64,000 nucleotides of DNA from contig NC_043006.1 of NCBI RefSeq assembly GCF_006345805.1, forward strand, positions 682,001 to 746,000, given 5' to 3'. Made by a program: the position numbers and the translations under genes. This document shows, one piece after another, positions 11,711 to 24,965 of this stretch (positions within the stretch are counted from its first letter, which is position 1; each line of letters starts with the position of its first letter). Under the pieces are notes generated by a model. That model was given only the letters and a program-made list of their open reading frames with translations, was not told the origin of the DNA and searched no databases. Source of the DNA: Octopus sinensis (taxonomy: Eukaryota).

Positions 11711-12238
11711 TCTCTCTCTATATAAACGGCAGTTTGTCTGTCTGTGTGTCTGTGTGTCTGTCAGGTTGTACCCTCGCCCTGACCACAGCTTTCAACCGAT
11801 TCTGATGAAACTTGACACACACATAGCCCAATGTCATAATTCAAAACTAACGCAGCGAAAATTTTGAAAAGTTCCCCCAGTTCTGAAAAAATTCGATAAA
11901 TTCGACATGGGGTCAAGAATCTAACCTTTTTATATGCAACACATTTTCTGTTGTAGTTTTCGCAACTTGCAATCGATTTTCACCAAACTCATGGTGAAGC
12001 TTAATGTTACCCTAAGAAACTTAATTCTAACGTTAGTTTTCCATGCAATACCTTACCATCAGAAAAAATCGATAAAATCATGCCATTTTGGGAAATCGTG
12101 TTCAAATTTAAGATGACATATTTTCGACAATATCTTTCACAAATTGGCAGGAAATTAGAGGGAAAGGACTAGATTGGGATTAGTCGTTGCCTACTAGGGG
12201 CTCTTACATACCCGGGCAACGCCGGGCTATGCTGCTAG
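11711..12238 (+). mobile_element. Complete non-autonomous Helitron (528 bp)
   Basis: Starts TC after A(11710), ends CTAG before T(12239); subterminal hairpin CCCGG-gcaacg-CCGGG at 12211-12226; no TSD; GTCT microsatellite near the 5' end. Confidence 0.88.
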
Positions 12239-12316
12239 TTTACAATAATAGGGTTTGCGCCACCAACTGCAACAATAATGCTGCATTGACTATCTCTTAC
12301 GAGACAAGAACATCTA

Positions 12317-12549
12317 GGCGGCAAGCTGGCAGAAACGTTAGCACGTCGGGCGAAATGCTTATTGATAGTTCGTCTGTCTTTACGTTCTGAGTTCAAATTC
12401 CGCCGAGGTTGACTTTGTCTTTCATCCTTTCGGGGTCGATTAAATAAGTACCAGTTACGCACTGGGGTTGATGTAATCGACTTAACCCGTTTGTCTGTCC
12501 TTGTTTGTCCTCTCTGTGTTTAGCCCCTTGTTGGTAGTAAAGAAATAAG
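12317..12549 (+). mobile_element. SINE family A
   Basis: Full-length copy with head, B box and core. Confidence 0.88.
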
Positions 12550-13319
12550 AACATCTCTGCTCTCAATCCCCAATACTTACAACAACAGCACAGACTACAT
12601 GGAGAATAACACGTATTGGGAGAGTGGATCGGAAAGAACTAACTTTACACATAACAGATCTTCTAGTTACGCAAACTCTAATACACTTTGCGGAAAGACT
12701 CCTAAACCAAACAAATCCTATTATATCTTCAAAATATGAGATAACTGCCCGTTCGTTGTAAGCTCACTGCAAAAGGCTTAATATAGTACATAAGTGCTCC
12801 GTTCTAAATGGACTCCAAAACATCACCAAAGTTTAGATTCTGGGCAAATAAATTCATTTGAACATGAAAAACATAGCAAAACTATTTTTCTGGCAGAACA
12901 CATAATTACCTCAGGAAAAAGAACACACTACACATTATAGTCCATCATTGACTCAGGTCCTCCATACGAAAGCCAAAAAACTCCACGGTGGTTGTGTTTG
13001 AGCGAATCTCTGAACATCCTGTCACATAACCCTGCACAATTATTAAATAAGCAGCACGAGGCCTTCTCTTCGTGTGCTCATAAGTTTTTGAGAACCTTTA
13101 AATTTTACCATAAATCCAAATACAGTAAGACATTCTCGCTGATATGTAGTTTAAACATCTTACAAGCTCTCTTAATTAGATAAGTATTTTTACCTTACCA
13201 TCATATCCTTTTTCATCTATTTATTTTATAGGTTATTTCTCCCTTAGTTCATATTTCTACACCACACCAATTTTATAATTAATCTAATACCTATTTGATT
13301 GCAACACAGTTATTATTAT

Positions 13320-14100
13320 TATTATTTTCCGATTGATTTGCATTTTATTTCGACTTCCGACCAGGCCTCAACCAAAGAGTCCTAAGGCACGTATATATTA
13401 CATGGAGTGAAACTTCCTGAGAATGTGGGCGGTTCATATAAGTACAATTTTTTGAGTCTCATAGATTGTTGGTTTCCCAGGGATCAAAAAATTTGTTACT
13501 GCCTTTCTTGATCATTCGCATAACATCTACAATAACAGGAATGGTTCTGGCTTTTAATCGCCATGTCCTAGATATCTCAATCTCAATGTCCTTATAGTTT
13601 GAGAGTTTTTCAAATTCCTTTGCTGAGGCGTTTCTATCAATAGGCACTGCCATATCAATTGTCTTAAGTCTTTGTTGGCGATGTCTGGTCTGTTATCATT
13701 TATTTGCCTGTCTATGTATCTCATAATCCCATAGGATGGTAACATTCTCTCCTACAGTGACTAACTCTAGACGGTGTTCATACTAGTTCTTAGGGTGCGG
13801 GATATCATAGTGACAGTATATGTTCCAGTGCAAGTAGGGGCCAACTCATTCATGCCTGGTTATATATTCTACAGGTGCAAGGACTGAGCAACCGGCAAAA
13901 ATGTGGTCAGAACTCTCAGGTTTGTCATTTCAGTGTCTACACATTGCGTCTGTCTCATTGTGTATGACATTAGCTTGATAGTTCCAGGTAAGGAAACTCC
14001 GATCTTGTGCTGCTCGGAGAAAACCTTCTGTTTCGGCCTTCAAACCAGAACTCTGCAGCCACTGAGGAGTTCTCATATCTATATCAGCTTCACCAGCTCG
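13320..14100 (-). mobile_element. Dong/R4-clade LINE 3' fragment (restriction-like endonuclease), decayed
   Basis: Y-LHWNI, ENVTILWD, NDNRPDI, DMAVPIDRNASAKEFEKLSNYKDIEIEISRTW...IPVIV; ends next to a (TAA)n tract. Confidence 0.8.
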
Positions 14101-14161
14101 TTTGAAATATCACCGATGCAATATTTCTTTCAAGCCAGTCTCAATATTTCTTTCAAGCTTT

Positions 14162-14440
14162 CGGCTCACAATCGTAAGGTCGTGAGTTCGATTCCCGGCG
14201 GCTCGTTGAGTCCTTGAGCAAGACAAATTATTTCACGTTGCTCCTGTCCACTCAACTGATAAAAATGAGTTGTGGCGGTAATTCAACGGGCCAACCTTGT
14301 CACGCTGAATGTCTTGAGAACTATGTTAAGGGTACGCATGCTTGTGAGTGATCAGCCACTTGTACGTTAATTTCACGAGAAGGCTGTTCCGTTGATCAGA
14401 CCAACTGAAACACTCGTCGTCGTAACCGACGGAAGACCAG
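14162..14440 (+). mobile_element. CORE-like tRNA SINE, family B
   Basis: gagttcgattcccgg B box, gtccttgagcaagaca..tatttcacgttgctcc core; homologous to 52655-52975. Confidence 0.75.
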
Positions 14441-15569
14441 ATGAAAGTGGTTGGATGAACATTTTATTTTCTTGTGGAAATATTTCATAATATCTGAAAG
14501 TGAATGAGAAGAAGAAGAAAAAAATGCGAAAGGGTTAGTATACGAACAGAAATGTATAATTTATGCTTCTTGCAGAAAACAAATTTTAGAGGAACTAAAT
14601 TGTCATCTGTGTATCATACTTAACGTATATACGCTATTTTAATTTAATACTATTCAGAAAACCAGAATCGAAGCCTTTAGTACAGTTAAATTTATTAACT
14701 ATTTACACATGTAATGGATATTGCAAGCATGAAGTGGATTCGATCCACCATAGCCAAATTTAAATTATCACTGCAACAGAACTTTTCCCACGGTGGAACA
14801 ATGGTTTTTCTCTAACAGCAGTTTAATATTTCCCAGATGCTTTTAGCTAGGCCGAAATAGTGTCTTCACCACTTGACACTTTCTAACCTCTTCTACTTCA
14901 CCAAAAGCTAGAATAGAGATAACAAGACCACCAACTAAATCTATTGTTCTCAATGATATACCTATCCTTTTGGATAGTTATAAAAGCAAGCCACACCCCA
15001 AGCAAAAAACCAGTTAGTCACAGTCGGTGACGACTCAACCAAGTAATCACTTTGGTGACGACGAAGTCTGCCTGACCAGCTAGAACCTTGGTCAGAGGGA
15101 GAAATGAAGTTTACTGTCAGCAACTGTGAGACAACACCCTACAATTCTCTCTAGCTCCAATTCTGTTCTCCCACAACAACATTCTATCGCTATCTGTGGA
15201 TTACTACTAACTATTCGTATACGCTAAACTATGTAAAGAGACATTCTACCGCATCTAACTTTCTTTCGCATGCTTTTGGATTTATCATAACGTCCCCGTC
15301 GAGGCAAGGTTTTGTAACATAACGGTAAACAAACCTTTCCTTAAAACTTCATGCATTGTTCATCTTTCACATCCTACAGTATGCGATTATAACACATTTT
15401 TATCGTTACAACTGCTGACTCCGACATTTCATAATAATGTTTACTAATCAATCTTACAATTGGTAAATACTCCAAAAATAAAATCCTTATCGTTACCACT
15501 GGTGGCCCCGAACAAGAGAATTGCAGCCTTCCTAAGAACCAAAACTTTATCGTTACACACATTCAATAA

Positions 15570-15735
15570 GATCAGACTTCGTGAGCAGTAGACAGATGCT
15601 TTAGTAAACTCACTCACACCAAATACTTTATCCAGGTCTACCATGTCTAAAGCTCAACTTGTTGATTTAGCAGGCCTAAGTATTGAACCGAACATTGCCA
15701 GAGCAATCGATTTTGACGATGTTATTTCCTTGGCT
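15570..15735 (+). mobile_element. hAT transposase dimerisation-domain remnant
   Basis: TS*AVDRCFSKLTHTKYF / RSTMSKAQLVDLAGLSIEPNIARAIDFDDVI, matching the hATC consensus (ERSFSKL...RSTM...L..LSIE); stop and frameshift. Confidence 0.75.
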
Positions 15736-16693
15736 GATTAGGTTTATAATTGTTTTGCATAAAATATTATCTGGTTGGTCTGATGTACTGGGAATAAAAC
15801 ATTGACGTAAGTTTACCATCGAGCATTTCAGATAACCTGGTTTTAGTTATCATGTTTGATTATGCATCCATAATAATACACAAAAGCTGCCTAATTTGTT
15901 TATATTTTATCATAAAAGACCCCCTGCGACTTTAACATTGCACGTTATCATTTTAAAATGACTTAATCAAGGATTTAAGATTCATTTACATCTTAATTTC
16001 TCAATTTTGAGTGGAGTTCCGAAAGCACTTTTGTTTTGTCCTGCGAAATTTCTCTCGGTTGTCCTGACGACCAGTGCTGCAGCTATCTACGAAACCTTGG
16101 CATATCCTTTATTGTTACTTTTATTAGCTATTGTTCTCCACCAGCCATGTCTGCAATCAAGTTCCGATCCCAATGTGGGAGACATTTGATAACCATTGAT
16201 TAATGTAGGATCCCTTAAAATATATTGCAGATATTTTACATCGACACTGTAGATGAAATACTGGTTTTTTTTTCTTGCATATTCTGTACACGTCTGATTC
16301 CACTCCCAGCCTTCTCAAATGGTTTTTTTGTTTGTTTTTCTATCATTTGCTCCTGTATGTTAATGAAGAAACAAATTAACCAAGAATCAAAGTTACGGCT
16401 TATTCATCCATACATTTTTTTCCTAATCTAAGCTATTGATTAAATACTGGGCGTGGGAGAAAAACCTGCCACATTTCACACTGATATTGACGTAATGCCG
16501 GTCAAGTTAGATGATAACGGTATCATCGTGTAAAAATTAACACTTCCTTCTCCAAGCTTAGATTCGAAACCGAATCTAAGGATTCTCGCTTGTCCAAACC
16601 ACCACGATCAACAGGCGCGAAAAAAGGCTTTCTTTGTTCTGTCAAAAAAAAAAAAAAATGATAAATCATCTCCCTTTCACTAGGACCTCAGCC

Positions 16694-17065
16694 GTCCCCA
16701 AAGTCCATCCCCTCCTCACCGGGGTGGGGACGCTGGCAACGGGTAGTGTCAGAGCTATGCCGTCGGGAACTTCGGTTCCTGGTAGGGCCACCCAAGGCGG
16801 ATTGGTCTGACACCGAGTGGTATTAGGGCCACAACCCGGCAGACGGGGCTCTGGTGAAAATCCTCGGAGTGTCTGTTTGTGTCCCCAAAGTCCATCCCCT
16901 CCTCACCGTGGTGGGGACGCTGGCAACGGGTAGTGTCAGAGCTATGCCGTCGGGAACTTCGGTTCCTGGTAGGGCCACCCAAGGCGGATTGGTCTGACAC
17001 CGAGTGGTATTAGGGCCACAACCCGGCAGACGGGGCTCTGGTGAAAATCCTCGGAGTGTCTGTTT
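16694..17065 (-). repeat. Tandem duplication, 2 x 187 bp, of an RTE-like 5'UTR segment
   Basis: 16694-16878 vs 16881-17065 differ by about 1 nt; contains GGCCCTACCAGGAAC..GTTCCCGACGGCATAGCTCT...CCCCACCACGG, resembling RTE LINE 5'UTRs. Confidence 0.8.
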
Positions 17066-17214
17066 CGGCAACCGGCGGCTCCTCGGTCGTTCTGTCCCTG
17101 CGTCTGCGGATAATCTGCGGCAAACAGAATGTCTCCACACGCGGGATTGTTGGGGACCGCTTGTGAAATCCACATATTCCCACGAAACTTCTTCCATGAA
17201 TTCTCAATGGCGAA

Positions 17215-17494
17215 TACAATGAGCCGTGATGTCCTTCTCCCAACAGGCGGAAACGAGCGGGGGGGGGGGCAGCTGAAGACCTGGGTTACGACGATCAAGG
17301 AGGACCTCTCCGTGCTCACGGAACCGCAGGTGGTCGGCCTGCGCCGAAGGAACCGTGACTAGCTCGCTATCTCCAGTGAAGTGGCGCAGGACCGTCGTGC
17401 GTGGGCTGCCATGATTCGAGATGCCTCGAGGGTGGTAGAAGAAGCCGACTCAACCCGCCCAGGGTGAATGTCGCCACAAGTAGTAAGTAAGTAA
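17215..17494 (+). mobile_element. RTE-clade LINE 3' end with (GTAA)n tail
   Basis: GGQLKTWVTTIKEDL...AQDRRAWAAMIRDA, then short 3'UTR and caagtagtaagtaagtaa tail. Confidence 0.8.
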
Positions 17495-17668
17495 ATGTTA
17501 GGCGAAGTTCAAATGGGTAGAAGCTGACCTACTTAGGCACAACCTCTGCTGCAGTATGTTTGTCCTTCTAGCTGCCACAGCGGTTATAAAATACCGTGGT
17601 CAAGAGAGAGACGGACAGAAAGGCTTTGGCAGACAGACTGAAAGGTTCATGGCAGACTACATTCTCAC

Positions 17669-17734
<66 letters not shown>

Positions 17735-18162
17735 TCAGTTCTGACATATCACTCCGCACAGATGTGCCCTGTTTCTATTTCTAGCAACTCGTAGTAATTG
17801 TCAACAATTACATGTAGTGAAGAATATTGTATACCAAAGGCAAATGCATGTACAGTCAATAAATTAACTATGAATCGATGTCATTTATTTGTTTACTTCA
17901 AAGGTATCCACCTGCCTATCGTATTTGTTCACCTTAACCCATACTGATACACACTTAACCACTGCAATCACATAGCTAAATTCTGTTGTGTCTGGGGAGA
18001 GTCATTTTCTTTTTGTGCCTTATTATGTAACGCCACTCACCGGTAAAATTTCCACTTATTTCTTATTTTTATTTTCCTAAAATTTTCGTTGCGTCTTGCA
18101 ACCTTTTCAAAAAAACTCTCCCCAGACACAACAGAATATGCTTCAACACACGAACTCATATA

Positions 18163-18370
18163 CTCTTACTCTTTTACTTGTTTCAGTCATTTGACTGCGG
18201 CCATGCTGGAGCACCGCCTTTTAGTCGAGCAAATCGACCCCGGGACTTATTCTTTGTAAGCTCAGTACTTATTCTATCGGTCTCTTTTGCCGAACCGCTA
18301 AGTGATGGGGGCGTAAACACACCAGCATCGGTTGTCAAGCAATGCTAGGGGGACAAACACAGACACACAA

Positions 18371-18442
<72 letters not shown>

Positions 18443-18603
18443 CGACAGGCTTCTTTCAGTTTCCGTCTACCAAATCCACTCACAAGGCATTGGTCGGCCC
18501 GGGGCTATAGCAGAAGACACTTGCCCAAGATGCCACGCAGTGGGACTGAACCCAGAACCATGTGGTTGGTTAGCAAGCTACTTACCACACAGCCACTCCT
18601 GCA
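18163..18603 (-). mobile_element. CORE-like SINE family C with internal (TA)n/(TG)n
   Basis: Head gcaggagtggctgtgtggtaag...gggttcagtccc, core ttgggcaagtgtcttc, tail gactgaaacaagtaaaagagtaagag. Confidence 0.88.
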
Positions 18604-19522
18604 AGCTAAATTTTCATCGCTTGTTTTTCAGTTACTATCATAGTTTAAACCGGGCACATTGAGCGCTTTCCGCTGAAACAGTTATCAAGAACAATGGATC
18701 TGGAAGCTTTTATTTGACGCGCGCTGAACTCCACAATAAAGTGTATCATTTCAATGCAGCTTAACTGTTAATCCCTCAGGATATTTTGCAGTTACTTGCT
18801 CAGGTTGCATCAGATTTCGTTTTACGAAACATTAATTCTTCCTATTCATTTTGATTTTTTTTTTCCCCAATCAAATTTCGTTTTTCTCACAAAACTGTAT
18901 TACTAATTTAACTCTGTCTGGTTTTAGTTATTGAACCGATGCCATGATGGAAACATCTTTGAATGGTGTTTTAAAATCGATTTTATTGATTCCAGCACTT
19001 ATAGTCTTGCACTTATTTTATCGAACACAGATAATCTCTGCCTATAGTGTAATTAGTTACTATAATGTCTATAATATAATTAGTATTAATGTAATTAGTA
19101 TTAATGTAATTAGCTACTTTCAGCTGAGTATGAAGAATTCAAAACAGGAATATATTGCTTTGGTGTGAAGAAGAGGGGCAAAAAGCCGAATGTTTCTGAA
19201 AGGATATTTCATCAGGAAGCGATGTTTCAGATCTGTGAACTGCTGATGCTGACCAATTACCGTTGTAGGCCATCGTTAGTTTTTTTTAATTTCTTTTTTT
19301 CAGAATCCCATTTTACTTCCAGTTAAAACTGTCTCCTTCACTTCATTTACACAGCTTCAATAAATTGAGCCTGTTTGGTATTTTTGTCTTCATGAGAATC
19401 GAACCCTCTACTCACCTGTCTCTTCACGTGCACTGCGATTAATAACTCATCTATGAGAAATCGAACCAGTAAATGTTACCGTTCGTAAATCCCAGTCTTA
19501 TTCATGAGCCATATTTGCTTTG

Positions 19523-20060
19523 TGGAGGCACGTGGCTTAGTGGTTAGGGTGTCAGCATCATGATCGTAAGATTGTGGTTTCGATTCCTGGACCGGGCGAC
19601 GCGTTGTGTTCTTGAGCAAAACACTTCATTTCACGTTGCTCCAGTCCACTCAGCTGGCAAAATTGAGTAACGCTGCGATGGACTGGCGTCCCCCCAGCTG
19701 GGGAACACATATGCCATAGAAACCGGGAAACCGGACCCATGAGCCTGGCTAGGCTTTAAAAAGGGCGCAGTGGAGGCGCAATGGCCCAGTTAGGGCAGCG
19801 GACTCGCGGTCGGAGGATCGCGGTTTCGATTCCCAGACCGGGCGTTGTGTGTGTTTATTGAGTAAAAACACCTAAAAGTTCCACGATGTTCCGGCAGGGG
19901 GTGGTGGCGACCCCTGTTTTACTCTTTCGCCACAACTTTCTCTCACTCTCTCATCCTGTTTCTTGAGTAACGCTGCGATGGACTGGCGTCCCGTCCAGCT
20001 ACGGGAACACAGAAACCGGGGAACTGGACCCATAAGCCTGGCTTGGCTTGAAAAGAGCGA
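19523..20060 (+). mobile_element. Two head-to-tail tRNA SINEs (different heads, same tail)
   Basis: Heads tggaggcacgtggcttagtgg (19523) and tggaggcgcaatggcccagt (19771); both end in ttgagtaacgctgcgatggactggcgtccc...gaaaccggg...gcctggct. Confidence 0.8.
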
Positions 20061-20759
20061 CGTTTAACGTTTTTGATATTTGCTTTATTCCTATTGGCAT
20101 TGACTGCCAGACTCAGTCATCCCTAATTGCTTCTCTCATCAGACCACGCACTTGCTCTGGTACAACTTTCCAATCATATCAACTTATGATCCAATGATAA
20201 TTCACAGAATGATCGAGTTTCTACAAGTTTCATTTCCTTTGCTGCAAAGTTTATAAAGTTGGATCTCACTAATCTGGCATCGTTGCGACCAGTGGAATAC
20301 CGGATTAGGGATTTTGATAGATGACTGGTGGTTAGATTAGCACACATAGTTTACGTAACAGCTAACCATTCAATCCTCCACTGAAAATATCTTGTAAACC
20401 GGAACAAGCTGGTTAATAATGAAAAAACTCAAAATACCATTTAAAAGCAAGTTAAATTTTAATGAAGAACACGGCTGAGGTGCGGTAATTGTGTTGATAC
20501 GTGTACAAGAGTTCGCCTCTTCCAAAGGGAAGAAATAGAGTTTATAACTATGCAGATTTAGATGACAGAAAATTGGGGCCACGATGGTTACCACCTTCAA
20601 CTTGAAAGATGACTGAAACATTAGGAAGGGGTCATTAAACTGGTACAATATCTTTCTCGGGAACTGATAATGATGGCTGGAGCAACATCTGGGTGAGTAG
20701 AAATCGATGGCACTGGATATCTAAATATCATCTATTTGGTCGCGCGATTCTTTAGTAAT

Positions 20760-21190
20760 ATCTTTTACCGTTTTATTTCTATTGAAATAGCTTCGTTGAA
20801 ATTAATTTTGAAAACATGGAAGAATTTATGAAATGATACCATTATTAAGCTGGTGTTTCGAACATAAATTAACATGAAATTTTGATTTACGGTTTTAATT
20901 TAGATCATTTTAGCTAATTTGTTTCGATATTTTTGTTGAAATTCACTGCCTTTGTTTCCATTTTCGAAATAATGAAAGATTCAGCAAAATAAATTTGTCA
21001 TTATTTAGCAAGTTTTTCAAACATGAATTCACATGAAAGTTTGATTTACAGTTTTAATTTAGATAACTTTACCAATTCCGTTATCTATTTTTGTTGTACA
21101 TTCTCTTTGTTTCAATTAATTTTGAAAATAGTAAAGAATTTTGTAAAATAAATTGTTTATTAAGCTGGTGCTTGTAACATATTGCATTAG
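20760..21190 (-). repeat. Degenerate about 130-140-bp tandem units of a MITE-associated repeat
   Basis: attaattttgaaaa..aagaattt...attaagctggtg..aacat repeated about 3 times; relatives at about 36630-36945, 40245-40460 and 63190-63505, some ending in an aagggttaa-like terminus. Confidence 0.6.
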
Positions 21191-21250
21191 AAATTCTTCC
21201 TTCTTTATTTAAACATTCGTGGACTCCAGTTCAATCTGAATCTCACATAC

Positions 21251-21423
21251 TTATTTCTTTACTACCCACAAGGGGCTAAACACAGAGAGGACAAACAAGG
21301 ACAGACAAACGGATTAAGTCGATTACATCGACCCCAGTGCGAAACTGGTACTTTATTTATTGACCCCGAAAGGATGAAAGGCAAAGTCGCCTCGGCGGAA
21401 TTTGAACTCAGAACGTAACTGGT

Positions 21424-21474
<51 letters not shown>

Positions 21475-21714
21475 TATATATATAATTTCTTTACTACCCA
21501 CAAGGGGCTAAGCACAGAGGGGACAAACAAGGACAGACAAAGGGATTAAGTCGATTACATCGACCCTAGTGCGTAACTGGTACTTAATTTATCGACCCCG
21601 AAAGGAGGAAAGGCAAAGTCGACCTCGGCGGAATTTGAACGCAGAACGTAACGGCAGACGAAATACGGCGACGCATTTCGCCCGGCGTGCTAACGTTTCT
21701 GCCAGCTCGCCGCC
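21251..21714 (-). mobile_element. SINE family A dimer interrupted by (TA)n
   Basis: Reverse complement of family A; two tails. Confidence 0.88.
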
Positions 21715-22149
21715 CCTAAATCTCACATACCATCTATCACTCACCTCTCTCACTTGTACATTCGCAACTAAGAATTCCAGTTCCTCTTGACCAAATTCAT
21801 TTACTGCTTCTATCACTTTTGTGAACTCCTTTAATCACTACCAACTTTTCGACCATCTCTCGTATCAACAATGTCTATCTTATTTCACACTTCTCTGAAC
21901 TCATCGTCCTTCTTCGAGACTCAATGTCCTCAAGTCTTGTTGGTTCTCACTTTTCGCTCTAACCAAAACTTTTGATAGCCTTGATCGACACAGGCACCTC
22001 TGACAACCTTGACAGTTGCCACACCTTCAAGCTTAGCTTTACTAAGCTATCTTCGCCCTTGTACCAGTCGATAATCCTACTGCAACCTAATTACGACTTC
22101 CCACATACCAGAATACTCAAGAATCCCTACCTTCAGAACACTATGGTAT

Positions 22150-22567
22150 TTCAAATTAGAAAGGGTATGGCCTGGTCAGCCTGTCATGATATGCATAAGA
22201 TCTGGTTATCAAATCTAAGTAGAGATTTCAAACTTAAAATCTTCAAAGCCACAGTCGAACCAATTCTGCTATATGGCTCAGAAACCTGGACGTTATTAAA
22301 GAAGCTTGAGAGGCGGTTGGATGCAACTTACACTCGCCTCCTTATGAGAGCTCAAAATCTCTCGTGGAAGCGTCATCCAACCAAAATGCAAATATATGGC
22401 AAACTACCACCTGTATCATCTCTTGTGAACAGTAGAAGAGTCCAGTTTGCTGGACATTGTTGTAGAGCTGAAAATGAAGTAATTTCTACTCTTCTCATCT
22501 GGAAGCCATCTGCTCGCGATACCAGAGGGCGCACACTCTCCTACCCTGATGTAATCTCCAAGGATAC
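22150..22567 (+). mobile_element. RTE-clade LINE fragment (post-RT region)
   Basis: RKGMAWSA..M.KIW.S.LSR.FKLKIFKATVEPILLYGSETWTL...LDATYTRLLMRA...RRVQFAGHC.RA...RGR; truncated at both ends. Confidence 0.88.
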
Positions 22568-23619
22568 TAACTGAACCGCAACAGTACAGGTTCAAAGCAC
22601 TTCCCTACAACGCTTGGGAAAATAACTACCTCTGCTATCTTGATGGCTCTTATCTACAGTTATACTTTCTGAAAGACTACCGTCTGTGAAGCAGAAAAAA
22701 ACAGAACAGGTGTGTCACTTGTTTCCAACATTATAAGAAATTTAACCTTTAATCCCTTGTCAAAGATATCTACCAACTTTATGGAGTTCTAACCAATATT
22801 ACTCAGCTGTGATGACTCCATAAGTATTTTTCCCACAGAGAAAATACACACAGTTCTGGCCTGATCTACATTCGACTCCACTTTGCACACATCGACAAAA
22901 CTCTTTCGAAACTTTCCTTCTACATCAATCTTCTACATCCGAAGCCAACGATGAGGCCTCTACGCCATCGCTCTATCTGCTAGAAATTACAGTCAGGACA
23001 CCGTCCAACAGTCGTTTTTTTAAAATTAAATATGTTGAGTAATTGGCTAATATATAACTCGGATTGGTTACAGTTGGAACGATTCGATCATAGGTCTGCT
23101 CTATCAAGGCCGACCAAGGGCTAAACTAGAACAACAGTAGCAACAACTACAACAACAACAACTACACCTCCAACACCACTTGCAAAGTGTTTTCACTCTC
23201 TTCAAACCAGGATCACCGGCCCTGGCAATGCCCTTTCGATTATCCTCAAACAGGTTATCGCAGTTATTCGCGCAAACTTAAGATTTTTCTGGATCTTTGG
23301 AAATCTGCTTCAACGTGTCCTGAAGAACAACGTCTCTGATCATCAGTCTATCGTTTCCACTTCGAACACCTCTAGTGTAACGGAAACAGTTGTTAACAAT
23401 TACTTCCTCCGTCATCTTCAGTCCCTTTCCTTGAGGCAGATTTACTGGAAATCTGCCATTCTATGCCCACTGCCAGTTTTCGCTCGTTCTTACGAAATTT
23501 GGTGAAAATAATGTCGTTGCACGGTCAAATTTTTTACATCACCGTGTTTTATGCAAAGAATTTCTTAGCTAAACTGTTATCCGTCGCTCCGATGTCATGA
23601 GTTGGAATTTTAGTATCCG

Positions 23620-23985
23620 ATCACTCCATTGCAGCGTGTGTTGCTGTTGAGCGAACGGTCTTCGTCCCAGAGCTCGCAAGATGGGAGAATTCCGAAATGT
23701 GGTCCTTTGCTATTCGTAAGACCCGCAGAAGAGAAAGCAGGTCAACCCCCGACACCAAGAGCATCGACGGATGGATGAATGCGCATCCAGGCTCAGCGGT
23801 TGCGTAGGAAGTCGGGGACAAGAAACAGGAAGAAAGAGTGAGAGAAAGTTGGAGCGAAAGAGTACATCAGGGGTCGCCACCACCCCTGCCGGAGCCTCGT
23901 GGAGCTTTAGGTGTTTTCGCTCAATAAACACTCACAACGCCCAGTCTGGGAATCGAAACCGCGATCCTCCGACCTGCGCCTCTAC
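23620..23985 (-). mobile_element. tRNA-derived SINE (head shared with the 19771 copy)
   Basis: ggaggatcgcggtttcgattcccagactgggcgttgtgagtgtttattgagcgaaaacacc on the minus strand. Confidence 0.78.
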
Positions 23986-24411
23986 TGCAATGTGTGCTGA
24001 TAGGCTTGTGACAATAATAGAGGCTGCTTTATGTTTGTGAACATAATTCATTGTTACATTGATGCAGGAGGTGTTAATGCAATTCAAAGAAAGGAATATT
24101 CAGATGAAACAACGTATATGACAAGTGCAGAGTCTTCGTTAGGAATTCAACATTCGAACTAATTTTCACATATCAATACATATTCCTGTTGCTATGGCGT
24201 ATCTTCTTCGATCGTTCAGGTTGAATATGTAGCTGTAAAAACAGCCATGTTTCGAGAGTGAACACTACCAGGAACCGAATGACTGTAGTTTTGGCGCTCA
24301 GTTGAGCTGTTTTTGTAGGCTGTGTTCACAGAAGGTCCTAGTCATGTCACCGAACTATCACGTGAACAACTTATGTGGCAAAGCGTGAGATCAAATCCAA
24401 TTGTTACAGGT

Positions 24412-24442
<31 letters not shown>

Positions 24443-24549
24443 TACACACACACAAACTCTATCACCTTTGGTATGCCCCAACGTTCGGTTTTATCACTCA
24501 CTTTCTTTTGCCTGTATTCACCAACGGAACAATATTGGACTTCATAAAA

Positions 24550-24965
24550 GGTGGCGAGCTGGCAGAACCGTTAGCGCGTCGGGCGAAATGCTTAGCGGTA
24601 TTTCGTCTGCCGTTACGTTCTGAGTTCAAATTCCACCGAGGCCGACTTTGCCTTTCATCCTTTCGGGGTCGATTATATAAGTACCAGTTACGTACTGGAG
24701 TCGATGTAATCGACTTAATCCGTTTGTCTGCCCTTGTTTGTCCTCTCTGTGTTTAGCCCCTTGTGGGTAGTTAAGCAATAGGTATTTCGTCTGCCGCTAC
24801 GTTCTGAGTTCAAATTCCGCCGAGGCCGACTATGCCTTTCATCCTTTCAGGGTCGATTAAATAAGTACCAGTTACGTACTGGAGTCGATATAATCGACTT
24901 AATCCGTTTGTCTGTCCTTGTTTGTCCCCTCTGTGTTTCGCCCCCCGTGGGCAATAAAGAAATAA
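24550..24965 (+). mobile_element. SINE family A dimer
   Basis: Head plus a second headless 184-bp unit from about 24781. Confidence 0.88.

Noticed and set aside
10530-13190. Highly decayed LINE RT-like traces (about 10530-11060 and 12550-13190)
   Set aside because: Only faint motifs (ITLSKQGK, ..ILG); too degraded to call without an alignment.
19180-19220. Minus-strand CTGATGA...GAAAC hammerhead-like spacing
   Set aside because: Stem II and stem I do not pair convincingly.
21972-22574. 200-aa ORF as a host gene
   Set aside because: Only the part from about 22150 is recognisable, and it is a truncated RTE LINE fragment; the N-terminal part is chance open frame with a TTG start.
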